64,000 nt of DNA, taken from the NCBI GenBank assembly GCA_045628125.1, contig JAZQPA010000142.1, positions 2,355-66,354 of the forward strand, read 5' to 3'. Positions within the stretch are counted from its first letter, which is position 1, and every line of letters begins with the position of its first letter. Below the pieces are notes generated by a model that saw nothing but the letters and a program-made list of their open reading frames with translations, was not told the origin of the DNA and made no database searches. This DNA is from Bacteroidaceae bacterium. Lineage in GTDB: Bacteria > Bacteroidota > Bacteroidia > Bacteroidales > Bacteroidaceae. The position numbers were made by a program, and so were the translations under genes. Below, in pieces: positions 18,015-26,843 of the stretch.

Positions 18015-20753
18015 TTAGTCCAAGTCTACTACGGTTATGCCAGCTCCTCCAAATTGAACATGCTCGTCATGGAAGTCTTTAACCCCGGGAACTGTTCCCA
18101 AGTACTGACGGATAAGTGTACGCAAAATTCCACCTCCAGTGCCATGCAGTATTCGGACTCTGCTCATGCCTACCAGAATAGCATCATCAATGAAGTAGGT
18201 AACAGCTTGCACTGCTTCATCACCTCGCAAACCCCTTACATCAATATCCTGGTGGAATTGTAATTTCTTTTCATATATCTCATCTTGCGTTTGCTTGCTG
18301 GTGAATGAGATGGTGAATTTAGGGGCTTCTTTGGATTGCGAATGAATCTTTTCAATTCGCTTAAGCTTTATGTTCGTTCGCATACTTCCATAGGTTATCA
18401 CGGCATTTTCACCTTGAATACTTTCTATGGTTCCAATAGCAGTTTGTCCCTTTAATCTTACTTGGTCACCTACTTTAAACTCGTCTGCTTTTTTGATTTT
18501 TTGCGCTATGGTTTCAACAGCTGGTTTCTGAGCCGCTTGCTGAGCTTTTCTTTCTTTATTTTTGGCTTTTCTTTCCTGACGCTCCATCAATTGCTTCATC
18601 TTTCTGGCAATTAAATCCTCATGAGCGTTCATGTCATCTGCTGACAAGCTTTTCTGGAATTCCTGAACCTGGGCTCGTGCGTCACGGGTACGTTCTTTCT
18701 CTGCTTGAGCCTCTTTAATTTCCCGAATTGTATTTTCTATGAGTTTATTGCTTTGATTCAATAACTCTTGAGCTTCCAGTTTGGCATTGCGGAGAATCTC
18801 CTTTTTGTTTTTCTGGAGTTCCTCCATCTCTGTTTGATAACGTGTCAGTGTCTGCTCCAGTTGTTTCTCTTTCTGATGAATGTTCTGACGTTTGTTCTCC
18901 CAATACCTCTTGTCACGTACAATATCCTGCAGATATTTATCTGCGTTAATGTATTCTTGTCCAACAATATCGCTAGCGTCCTGGATGACTTGCTCCGGGA
19001 TGCCGATCTTACGGGCTATTTCTACAGCGAAAGAACTGCCAGGGTTACCTATTTCTAATTGGTACAATGCTTGCATGAGATGCCTGTCATAAAGCATGGT
19101 ACCGTTTACAATGCCTTCATTGTCCTCAGCAAAATGTTTAAGGTTCTGGTAATGAGTAGTAATAATACCGAATGTACAGTTGTCATTGAACCGCTTAAGC
19201 ATTGCTTCAGCTAGTGCACCGCCAATTTGTGGCTCAGTTCCACCTCCAAATTCATCGATTAACAAGAGAGTGTGGCTATTGCAATTCTTCATCATATTCT
19301 TCATGTTTGTTAGATGAGATGAATATGTACTGAGCTCGTCTTCAATGCTTTGTTCATCGCCGATATCAATCATGATGTTTTGGAATAAACCTACATGACT
19401 GTTCTCTCTCAAAGGGATGAGCATACCACATTGCAACATGTATTGCAATAATCCAACAGTTTTTAAACAGACTGATTTTCCTCCCGCATTTGGACCTGAA
19501 ATAAGAAGAATACGTTGTTTGTCCTCTAGATGAATGTCAAGAGGGACTACTTTCTTATTGTGTTTCTCCAGTGATTTTTTGAGCAATGGATGAACCGCCT
19601 GAATCCAGTCTATTACAGAGCGGTTCTCAAATACAGGAAGGGTGGAATCGGTGTCAATGCTCCAAATAGCTTTTGCACGGATAAAATCGATTACCGATAA
19701 AAACTCGTATCCTTTGAGAAGCTCGGGAATTACAGGACGGATGAGTGCGGTGAAATCTGTAAGAATGCGAATGATTTCACGTTTCTCTTCACTCTCTAAT
19801 TCGCGGATATGATTGTTGGCTTCAACCACTTCTGTTGGTTCGATGAAAACCGTTTTACCCGTGGCTGACTCATCATGGATAATACCTTTGATTTTACGTT
19901 TTAATCCCGGAACGACAGGAATCACTAATCGTCCGTCGCGCATGGTTGGTGTGGTGTCTTTATCTATGACACCTTCACTTTGGGCGCTTCGCAGAATCTG
20001 ATTCAGTGTCCTGGAAACACTTCCGGCTGTATGCGATAATTCTTGACGTATCTGGGCTAATTTGGGTGACGCGCTATCTTTAATTTTACCGTAATCATCC
20101 AATATTAGTGCTATTCTTTTGGTTAGCTGAGGAAAAATGGCAATGCCGTATGATAACGCACAGAGGTTCGGATATCTGAATGACTCTTTTTTAGTTGCGA
20201 TTGATGTATTTTCTGAGTCTACAACTGAATCTTCGCTATTAGTTTCATCTAAATTTTCATCATCCTTTTTACTTGTAGGGCTTGTGACCCATTGTCCGTT
20301 GATGAAGATTCTTTTTGACCCTCTTTTCTTGGCCAACATGGCCTTGTAAGGATTGGTTTCCTCTTTGGCTTGGAATTTGAAGGATTTGGTCGTTAACTCT
20401 TCTGTTTCACCGTTATCTTTACGGTGTAAAAATCTTACAATTCCTTCTAATGATTCTAGTGATCTTTTTAAATCGAATAAAACTTGTTCTTCCAGATATG
20501 AACCTTCAAGTCGAATTCGCTTCAACTCGTCTCGAAGATCAAAAAAATACTGAGAGGGGAAATCCTCTTCTTCACGTTGTATCCGTACAAATTCAGATGT
20601 TTCAAGCAATAATCTGTGAATGTCCTCATAAATGGATGAGAACTGCATGGATTGTACCTTCTCCTTGCCCAGCTGGCTTAAGCATTTACTTACCAACTGT
20701 GCTCTAATTTCATCGAATCCTATCTTATGTTCAAAATTACTTGGGTAAATCAT
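18015..20753 (-). CDS. mutS2: Endonuclease MutS2 (with Smr domain)
   Basis: Walker A GPNAGGKS, DEFGGGTEP, a long coiled-coil, and a C-terminal Smr domain (DVRGLRGDEA...LHGTGGGILR). 912 aa, including an extra acidic/lysine-rich segment at residues ~111-191. Confidence 0.9.
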   Translation of the reverse strand: MIYPSNFEHKIGFDEIRAQLVSKCLSQLGKEKVQSMQFSSIYEDIHRLLLETSEFVRIQREEEDFPSQYFFDLRDELKRIRLEGSYLEEQVLFDLKRSLESLEGIVRFLHRKDNGETEELTTKSFKFQAKEETNPYKAMLAKKRGSKRIFINGQWVTSPTSKKDDENLDETNSEDSVVDSENTSIATKKESFRYPNLCALSYGIAIFPQLTKRIALILDDYGKIKDSASPKLAQIRQELSHTAGSVSRTLNQILRSAQSEGVIDKDTTPTMRDGRLVIPVVPGLKRKIKGIIHDESATGKTVFIEPTEVVEANNHIRELESEEKREIIRILTDFTALIRPVIPELLKGYEFLSVIDFIRAKAIWSIDTDSTLPVFENRSVIDWIQAVHPLLKKSLEKHNKKVVPLDIHLEDKQRILLISGPNAGGKSVCLKTVGLLQYMLQCGMLIPLRENSHVGLFQNIMIDIGDEQSIEDELSTYSSHLTNMKNMMKNCNSHTLLLIDEFGGGTEPQIGGALAEAMLKRFNDNCTFGIITTHYQNLKHFAEDNEGIVNGTMLYDRHLMQALYQLEIGNPGSSFAVEIARKIGIPEQVIQDASDIVGQEYINADKYLQDIVRDKRYWENKRQNIHQKEKQLEQTLTRYQTEMEELQKNKKEILRNAKLEAQELLNQSNKLIENTIREIKEAQAEKERTRDARAQVQEFQKSLSADDMNAHEDLIARKMKQLMERQERKAKNKERKAQQAAQKPAVETIAQKIKKADEFKVGDQVRLKGQTAIGTIESIQGENAVITYGSMRTNIKLKRIEKIHSQSKEAPKFTISFTSKQTQDEIYEKKLQFHQDIDVRGLRGDEAVQAVTYFIDDAILVGMSRVRILHGTGGGILRTLIRQYLGTVPGVKDFHDEHVQFGGAGITVVDLD

Positions 20754-20757
20754 AGCG

Positions 20758-20765
20758 CAAAATTA
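20758..20765 (-). promoter_or_regulatory. -7 box (TAATTTTG) for mutS2
   Basis: The box ends 4 nt before the ATG at 20753, implying a leaderless mRNA. Confidence 0.45.
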
Positions 20766-20795
20766 ATGCTATTTTTCTGTATGGACAAGAATATA

Positions 20796-20823
20796 CAAAA
20801 AAAGACATCCATTTGGATGTCTT
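20796..20823 (-). terminator. Terminator of the tRNA-Ser/tRNA-Val unit
   Basis: AAGACATCCA-tt-TGGATGTCTT hairpin followed by a T-run on the minus strand. Confidence 0.7.
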
Positions 20824-20825
20824 CG

Positions 20826-20900
20826 TGGGCGTTGACGGATTCGAACCGCCGGCCCTCTGCTTGTAAGGCAGATGCTCTGAACCAGCTGAGCTAAACGCCC
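20826..20900 (-). tRNA. tRNA-Val (anticodon TAC)
   Basis: Reverse complement is GGGCGTT-TA-GCTC..GAGC-A-TCTGC-CTTACAA-GCAGA-GGGCC-GGCGG-TTCGAAT-CCGTC-AACGCCC-A. Confidence 0.9.
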
Positions 20901-20913
20901 TTGCATTTGAACT

Positions 20914-21001
20914 TGGCGGAGAGACAGGGATTCGAACCCCGGGTACCTCTCAGTACGACGGTTTTCAAGACCGTTGCAATCGACCACTCTGCCACCTCTC
21001 C
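20914..21001 (-). tRNA. tRNA-Ser (anticodon TGA), long variable arm, CCA encoded
   Basis: Reverse complement is GGAGAGG...ACGGT-CTTGAAA-ACCGT-variable arm-CGGGG-TTCGAAT-CCCTG-TCTCTCC-G-CCA. It is the only tRNA in the window with a genomic CCA. Confidence 0.9.
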
Positions 21002-21040
21002 AAACTTCTTTCGAAGTGCGTTTGTTTCTCAAATGCGATG

Positions 21041-21048
21041 CAAAGGTA
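21041..21048 (-). promoter_or_regulatory. -7 box (TACCTTTG) for the tRNA-Ser/Val unit
   Basis: TAnnTTTG match 40 nt upstream of the tRNA-Ser 5' end. Confidence 0.5.
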
Positions 21049-21141
21049 CTGCTTTTTTCAGAATCAGCAAACATTTTCCGGTTTTTTTTTATGAAAACTT
21101 AAAAATATAGTGTTTTTTTTTTCTCTCTCATTATTTATATT

Positions 21142-21149
21142 TAAATTTG
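21142..21149 (+). promoter_or_regulatory. -7 box (TAAATTTG) upstream of the AT-rich cassette and sugar porter
   Basis: TAnnTTTG match 7 nt upstream of the first copy of the 13-bp direct repeat. Confidence 0.45.
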
Positions 21150-21156
21150 TGCAATT

Positions 21157-21169
21157 AATAATTGTATAT
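21157..21169. repeat. Direct repeat copy 1 (AATAATTGTATAT)
   Basis: Perfect 13-mer repeated at 21817-21829. Both copies are preceded by TTTGTG; the first copy has an additional CAATT in between. Confidence 0.8.
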
Positions 21170-21185
21170 TTTAGAGACTTTGACA

Positions 21186-21410
21186 ATGGACAAGTATTTG
21201 GTAGAAATGGTGGTTTCTATGACTTTCACAATAATTGGATGTGGTGGTGCTTGTTTGTCATGTACTACTGTTGGCTCAATGTTCGCTTCAACTATTGTTG
21301 ACACTTTCATTGCTTTAGAATTAGCTGTAGTTATGGTTTTTATTATTGTCAGAAGATACTACTGTAGTATTAAATTTGTCATTACATCTAACTGTTTACT
21401 CTGTGTATGA
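21186..21410 (+). CDS. Hypothetical small hydrophobic Cys-containing protein (74 aa)
   Basis: ATG ORF in an AT-rich segment: MDKYLVEMVV...GCGGACLSC...NCLLCV, 6 Cys and 2 hydrophobic stretches. A T-rich strand can create spurious hydrophobic ORFs. Confidence 0.3.
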   Translation: MDKYLVEMVVSMTFTIIGCGGACLSCTTVGSMFASTIVDTFIALELAVVMVFIIVRRYYCSIKFVITSNCLLCV

Positions 21411-21433
21411 ATTGATTATAAAAACTAATAAAT

Positions 21434-21817
21434 ATGATTTTCTTAGTTGTTGCCGCTATTCTCATTTTTTGTTTTTTTTTATTAGTTAAATTAACTAATG
21501 ATGATATGGTTTCTGTTATAAAAACAAAAAGTTACCGAAGTTCTGTTTCTCTGTTCGGAGAGGTGCATACTGAAATCATATTTGTTGTTATTTCCGTGTT
21601 TCTCGAATTGAGTTCTATAAATAAGAAGGGGCAAATTATCTTTTCAGGTTTAGCTATTGGTTTATTTTTAACTTTTATACTTCTAGTATGTCTCAGTCGA
21701 GAAGGATCTCCTTTTTGTTATAATTATTCTACAGTACTTTCTTTATTCCAGGGTAGTGATACTTTGAGCCATCTTTGTTTTTTTAGTTGGACCTTTTATT
21801 GGAATTGCTGTTTGTGA
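21434..21817 (+). CDS. Hypothetical small membrane protein (127 aa, ~3 TM)
   Basis: A 127-codon open frame is unusual in ~30% GC DNA. It has three hydrophobic stretches, contains a T6-G-T9 run, and ends at the second repeat copy. Confidence 0.35.
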   Translation: MIFLVVAAILIFCFFLLVKLTNDDMVSVIKTKSYRSSVSLFGEVHTEIIFVVISVFLELSSINKKGQIIFSGLAIGLFLTFILLVCLSREGSPFCYNYSTVLSLFQGSDTLSHLCFFSWTFYWNCCL

Positions 21818-21829
21818 ATAATTGTATAT
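21817..21829. repeat. Direct repeat copy 2 (AATAATTGTATAT)
   Basis: Identical to 21157-21169. It ends 2 nt before the ATG of the sugar porter. Confidence 0.8.
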
Positions 21830-21831
21830 GT

Positions 21832-23310
21832 ATGTCGAAAAAAATAATTATGGAAAAACAAGGAAGTAAAACTTATTTGTTCAGCGTTGTACTCGTCGCT
21901 GTTCTTGGAGGATTATTGTTTGGTTACGATACCGCAGTAATTAGTGGTGCAGAGAAAGGACTCCAGGCATTCTTTATGGGTGCCGAGGATTTCACCTATA
22001 CCGATTTTTGGCACGGATTCACCAGTTCCAGCGCCCTCATCGGCTGCATCATCGGTGCCGCCATCTCAGGCACTCTGGCATCAAACTGGGGCCGAAAGAA
22101 GAGCCTTATCTTCGCCGGCATCATGTTCTTCATCTCTGCATGGGGATCAATGTTCCCTGAGACCATGATCCTTGCCAAGGGCCAGCCAAACATGACACTT
22201 TTTGTGGTGTTCAATGTCTATCGTGTCATAGGTGGCATAGGCGTTGGTCTTGCATCGGCTGTCTGCCCGATGTACATCGGCGAGATTGCACCATCAGGCA
22301 TCCGTGGAATGCTCGTCAGCTGGAATCAGTTTGCCATCATTTTCGGCCAGCTCGTTGTCTATTTCGTCAACTTCTTCATTCTGGGCGAACACACACAACC
22401 TATCATCGAGAGCATTGGCAATGGTCTCAACCAGCTGCTTCCAAACAGTGACCCATGGACCATCCAGAACGGCTGGCGCTACATGTTCGGTTCCGAAATG
22501 GTTCCTGCAGGTCTCTTTGCCCTCCTCATCTGTTTCGTGCCAGAGACTCCACGTTATCTCGCTTCTATCGGTCAGGATGCCAAGGCTGAATCTATCCTTG
22601 CCAAGATCAATGGTTCCGACAAGGCCAAGTCAATCCTTAAGGAGATCAAGGAGACCATGACCGTCAAGACCGAACCGCTCTTCACCTATGGTCTACTCTG
22701 CATCTTTGTAGGCATCATGCTCTCTGTATTCCAGCAGGCTGTGGGCATCAATGCAGTCCTTTACTTTGCACCTCGCATCTATGGTGCCATGGGCTTCGAT
22801 GATCCGATGATGCTTACCGTATTCAATGGTGTTGTCAATCTTGCCTTTACCTGTGTTGCCATATTCACCGTCGAGAAGCTCGGCCGCAAGCCACTTCTCA
22901 TTGTCGGTTCTCTTGGCATGGCACTCGGAGCTATCGGTGTTGCCTGCACATTCGAAGGCGCCATTGCCAACGACTCCACAATGCAGCTTCTCTGCATGAT
23001 TTCACTCATGATCTATTCGGCCAGCTTCATGTTCTCATGGGGTCCAATCTGCTGGGTGCTCATTGCCGAAGTCTTCCCTAACACCATCCGTGGTGGTGCC
23101 GTTGCCATTGCCGTTGCCTTCCAGTGGATCTTCAACTGGATCGTTTCGACATCATTCGTTCCAATGGCCAACAGTCTTGGATACTGGTTTGTCTATGCCC
23201 TGTACGGTGTCATCTGTATCATTGCCGCAGTATTCGTATGGAAGCTCGTTCCAGAAACCAAGGGAAAGACTTTGGAGGATATGACCAGATTGTGGAAAAA
23301 GGAAAAATAA
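21832..23310 (+). CDS. MFS sugar porter family transporter (XylE/GalP-like sugar:H+ symporter)
   Basis: 12-TM profile with GYDTAVISGA, GRKK, VPETPRYL and PETKGKTLEDM sugar-porter signatures. Start chosen at MSKKIIMEKQ; the upstream in-frame extension to 21787 has no ATG support. Confidence 0.9.
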   Translation: MSKKIIMEKQGSKTYLFSVVLVAVLGGLLFGYDTAVISGAEKGLQAFFMGAEDFTYTDFWHGFTSSSALIGCIIGAAISGTLASNWGRKKSLIFAGIMFFISAWGSMFPETMILAKGQPNMTLFVVFNVYRVIGGIGVGLASAVCPMYIGEIAPSGIRGMLVSWNQFAIIFGQLVVYFVNFFILGEHTQPIIESIGNGLNQLLPNSDPWTIQNGWRYMFGSEMVPAGLFALLICFVPETPRYLASIGQDAKAESILAKINGSDKAKSILKEIKETMTVKTEPLFTYGLLCIFVGIMLSVFQQAVGINAVLYFAPRIYGAMGFDDPMMLTVFNGVVNLAFTCVAIFTVEKLGRKPLLIVGSLGMALGAIGVACTFEGAIANDSTMQLLCMISLMIYSASFMFSWGPICWVLIAEVFPNTIRGGAVAIAVAFQWIFNWIVSTSFVPMANSLGYWFVYALYGVICIIAAVFVWKLVPETKGKTLEDMTRLWKKEK

Positions 23311-23330
23311 GCTAAAACATCAGATATCAG

Positions 23331-23360
23331 AAAAGGTGTGGATAGTGTTCCACACCTTTT
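23331..23360 (+). terminator. Rho-independent terminator after the sugar porter
   Basis: AAAAGGTGTGGA-tagtgt-TCCACACCTTTT hairpin. Confidence 0.7.
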
Positions 23361-23373
23361 ATACATAAGATAA

Positions 23374-24789
23374 ATGCAAAAGATTGTTTGGATTTGGATA
23401 TTTTGGTTCCTCTGCCAGGTGCCGCAGGCATCTGCCCAAGGAAGTGATTCCTCAATTTATGACTGGCTAAGATTACAGGATATTCCAGTCACATCCAATA
23501 AGGTAAAACTATTGAAGAGTGGGGCAGATAAGTTTGACGCATTATTTCAGGATGTGCGTCAGGCGGAGCATTCTGTCCATTTGGACTATTTTGCAATTCG
23601 AAACGATTCTATCTCAAATACGCTCTTTAATATTTTAGCTTCCAAGAAAAAACAAGGGGTCCAGGTTAGAGCCCTGTTTGATGCTTTTGCCAATTTCAAA
23701 AGTGCTCGCCCACTAAAAAAACGTCATATTCGTGCATTAAACGACATGGGTGTTGAGGTAGAACCTTGGGATCCGATATCATTCCCATGGTTGAATCATG
23801 CTGTACCTAGAGATCATCGCAAAATTGCTGTGATCGATGGTCAGATAGCTTATACCGGCGGCATGAACATTGCAGATTATTATATTCTTGGTATTCCCAA
23901 AGCTGGCCCTTGGAGAGATATGCAAGTCAGAATAGAAGGTGCAGCTGCTAATGATTTCCAAAAGGTGTTCCTTGATTCCTGGAACAGTCAGGTAAAACAG
24001 AAACTGGATTATACCGATTATTCTTATGATGTACGTAAACGTGAAAGTGCTACTCATAAACTGGCCCGCATTCCCCGTCAAGATTCATTACTGCTACATT
24101 TGTCCGGAAATCCTGATGAGTGGGTCGCAGCCGCTGCCGCTGCTGAACTTGAGCTGAGGTCATTGGAAAAAGAAAAGAAACCTTATGTGGCGGGTCCGAT
24201 GAGAAAGCCCATTCTGGATCAAATACCTTCTTCTGAATATCAGGCAGATGTGGCGGTTATTCATCGTGCACCTCATAAAACGCCATCTATCATGCGTGAT
24301 TTTTATGTGGCATCATTAGATGCTGCAGAGGAGAAGGTCTTTATTGTCAATCCTTATTTTACACCAACTCATAAAGTTAATAAAGCCATTAAGAGAGCAT
24401 TAGCCAGAGGTGTGGAGATTGAAATAATGATTTCAACTAACAGTGATGTATCCTTTACGCCTGAGATTGGTTTCAATGCTGTCAATAAACTCAGAAAACG
24501 TGGTGCTAGAGTTTATCTGTTTGATGCAGGCTTTCATCATACTAAGGTGATGATGGTGGATGGTAAATTCTGTACTGTAGGCTCTACCAATCTGGATAGT
24601 CGTTCTCTTCGTTATGACTATGAAATAAATGCAGTTATTTTGCATCCAGGACCAACAGCAGAGTTGATTCAGATGTTTGAGAATGATAAACGAACCAGCC
24701 ATGAGTTGACAGACGAAGTTTGGAAAAATCGCTCTTTCTGGAAAAAAATGCAGGGGGCTTTGGGCTCTTGCCTGATTTGGTGTATTTAA
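23374..24789 (+). CDS. Phospholipase D family protein (cardiolipin synthase-like), two HKD motifs
   Basis: HRKIAVIDG...GGMN and HHTKVMMVDG...GSTNLD (HxKx4D twice), plus an N-terminal signal/anchor. Confidence 0.85.
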   Translation: MQKIVWIWIFWFLCQVPQASAQGSDSSIYDWLRLQDIPVTSNKVKLLKSGADKFDALFQDVRQAEHSVHLDYFAIRNDSISNTLFNILASKKKQGVQVRALFDAFANFKSARPLKKRHIRALNDMGVEVEPWDPISFPWLNHAVPRDHRKIAVIDGQIAYTGGMNIADYYILGIPKAGPWRDMQVRIEGAAANDFQKVFLDSWNSQVKQKLDYTDYSYDVRKRESATHKLARIPRQDSLLLHLSGNPDEWVAAAAAAELELRSLEKEKKPYVAGPMRKPILDQIPSSEYQADVAVIHRAPHKTPSIMRDFYVASLDAAEEKVFIVNPYFTPTHKVNKAIKRALARGVEIEIMISTNSDVSFTPEIGFNAVNKLRKRGARVYLFDAGFHHTKVMMVDGKFCTVGSTNLDSRSLRYDYEINAVILHPGPTAELIQMFENDKRTSHELTDEVWKNRSFWKKMQGALGSCLIWCI

Positions 24790-26843
24790 TAACCTAAAGC
24801 CTGAAGCATTAGTAAGGCGTCCATTTCGTTAATCTGGTAAATAGACAGACTCTTAATGTCATCCATGAAGATGGATGATGCCTTCTCCTTGTTCTCACTT
24901 ATCTCAAAGAACTGCTTGTAACAGTTAAATGCATTGTCTTCCTCGTTCAAAGCCCAATAGATGTGGCCTCCATTCAGCCAGTCTTCTTCTGTTTTCTTGC
25001 GAATTTTCATCCAATAATTCAAGGCTTTCAGTGGCTGTTTTACTTTAAGGTTGCACCATACTATAGCTCTTAATGCCTGAGTGTGCTGGATTTGTAGGTA
25101 TTCTATTTTATACAGAATCTTTAATGCGTCTTTGTACTTCTGTCCCTGTATTAGGCATTGAGCACTTTGCATCAAATACTTTATTTCATTTTTAGTATCT
25201 TGAGATGATATTTCTTCAAACAGTTCTGCTGCTTTCTGCCATTTACCATGCTTCTTATAACAGGTTGCCAGATGTTTTTTTGTTTTGGTATCATTATCAG
25301 CAACTATACATTTTTGGTATAGCGTAATAGCTTTGGCATACTCTTCCAGTTGCATGTAGCCATATGCCAGAGTTGCCATATCATCTTTGCTGTCGTGTGG
25401 AAGTTTCTCAATAATGTTCACAGCAGAACATGATTCATTATGATTCATCAGAATCTTAGCAATTTCCATTTGATGTGCATTATCTAATGATTCCAACAGA
25501 ATGGGGTAGTTGGTTGGATCCATAACAGCTTTGAAAGGGTTGTAGAATTCAAAACGGAAAATACACAAATGATAAAACCTGTATAGGTCTTGTATGTAAT
25601 AGTTACAGTAGGTCTTCCACTCTTTTTTTACACTTGACGGTTGTCGCAACTCCATTCCTTCGGGCACAACTAGCTTGGCTTCGGCTTGTTGGAAAATGAA
25701 GAAAACGGACCATTTATCACTCTCGCAGAAAGGGCAAACCTCCATAAATGCATCCAGATATCCCTTTTTCTTGATAAAGGTATCTTTTGTTGCACTGTGG
25801 AGTTTGTTGAACGGATAGAACCAGTGGGCAACTGTTTTAAAAAAATCGAATGATTTAAAATGGCAGAATGTCCCAAAATAGATATCCTTTCCACTTTTGG
25901 ATAATTTATCCATAATCAAAGCGGATTGTTCCATCTTTTTATTTAATTCGTGTGATTCTGAAGAACTTCCCGAATTAGTGATATTCTCCATAAACTTTTT
26001 GCCCATTTCCTGTTCTTTTCGTAATTGGGGCATCAGTTTCTCATTCAACTGCTGAGTCAGTTTTGTTGTATTCTTTGACTCGTAAAGGCTATGATAAACA
26101 TGAACTAGTTTGTCCTGGTAACCAGATTTTTTGATGATGTTTCCGAAATCTGCCAATTCTTTGCTGAATATCCCGTATCGGGTAAGAATGAAGCATAATA
26201 ATACCATGGCTACCATGGCTCTAACTTGGATTTCGGGAATGTCAGATTCGCATAGGCGATTGAGAATCGTCAGTTTTTGGCTATTGGGGAATTCCAACGC
26301 ACTTAGCATAAGTGCAGAAACAACCATCTGTCTATCTGCTAAAAGAATCTTATCATTATGGAGAATGCACTCCAAATCCTCAATATCCTTTTTCTTCAGG
26401 CTAGTTGCTGTCCAAATCTGGTTGAATAATTGAACTACCAGAGATTCGTGTTCTTTCTTTAAAGATGTGTCAGATGGGAATTTTTCCAGATGCTCATTAT
26501 ATACCAGATATGGGAATTCCGTTAACATACTGCTGAAAGCTTTTCGGTATGTGTTTTCAGATTGGGTAAGTTTGAACTTTCGGATAATATTCCAGTACAT
26601 CACCCAACTTTGCTCTAACATCTGCATGAATGACGACATCCTGTTTTCATCCTTAATGCCTCGTCTCACACAATTCAGCATTCCTTCAAATGCATAGGAG
26701 AGTGAATTCAGGTCATCTTCTAACTTGGGGTCAGGGCACAGATATAGCATTGACTCCATTTTATTAAGAGCCTTTCTGATGTTCTGATTCAGTAGCTGCT
26801 GCTCTGCATCTTTAGCCAATTCCAGAAAAAGATTCTTATTCAT
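24786..26843 (-). CDS. Large cytoplasmic TPR-repeat protein (685 aa), function unknown
   Basis: No signal peptide. The C-terminal ~200 aa has TPR-like A/Y/K periodicity (AYGYMQLEEYAKAITLYQKC..., HLATCYKKHGKWQKAAELFEE). Confidence 0.7.
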   Translation of the reverse strand: MNKNLFLELAKDAEQQLLNQNIRKALNKMESMLYLCPDPKLEDDLNSLSYAFEGMLNCVRRGIKDENRMSSFMQMLEQSWVMYWNIIRKFKLTQSENTYRKAFSSMLTEFPYLVYNEHLEKFPSDTSLKKEHESLVVQLFNQIWTATSLKKKDIEDLECILHNDKILLADRQMVVSALMLSALEFPNSQKLTILNRLCESDIPEIQVRAMVAMVLLCFILTRYGIFSKELADFGNIIKKSGYQDKLVHVYHSLYESKNTTKLTQQLNEKLMPQLRKEQEMGKKFMENITNSGSSSESHELNKKMEQSALIMDKLSKSGKDIYFGTFCHFKSFDFFKTVAHWFYPFNKLHSATKDTFIKKKGYLDAFMEVCPFCESDKWSVFFIFQQAEAKLVVPEGMELRQPSSVKKEWKTYCNYYIQDLYRFYHLCIFRFEFYNPFKAVMDPTNYPILLESLDNAHQMEIAKILMNHNESCSAVNIIEKLPHDSKDDMATLAYGYMQLEEYAKAITLYQKCIVADNDTKTKKHLATCYKKHGKWQKAAELFEEISSQDTKNEIKYLMQSAQCLIQGQKYKDALKILYKIEYLQIQHTQALRAIVWCNLKVKQPLKALNYWMKIRKKTEEDWLNGGHIYWALNEEDNAFNCYKQFFEISENKEKASSIFMDDIKSLSIYQINEMDALLMLQALGY

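Noticed and set aside
20769-21074. 101-aa minus-strand ORF and the 69-aa plus-strand ORF at 20901..21110
   Set aside because: They run straight through the tRNA-Val and tRNA-Ser genes. They are artefacts of the ORF finder.
21002-21831. tRNA-adjacent AT-rich region as a classical integrated genomic island or prophage remnant
   Set aside because: It has no integrase, transposase or duplicated tRNA 3' fragment, and it is only ~0.7 kb long. It is kept as a finding solely because of the 13-bp direct repeats, not as a called mobile element.
24127-24145. GCN trinucleotide repeat (gcagccgctgccgctgctg)
   Set aside because: It encodes an Ala run (AAAAAA) inside the PLD-family protein. It is a short coding low-complexity segment.
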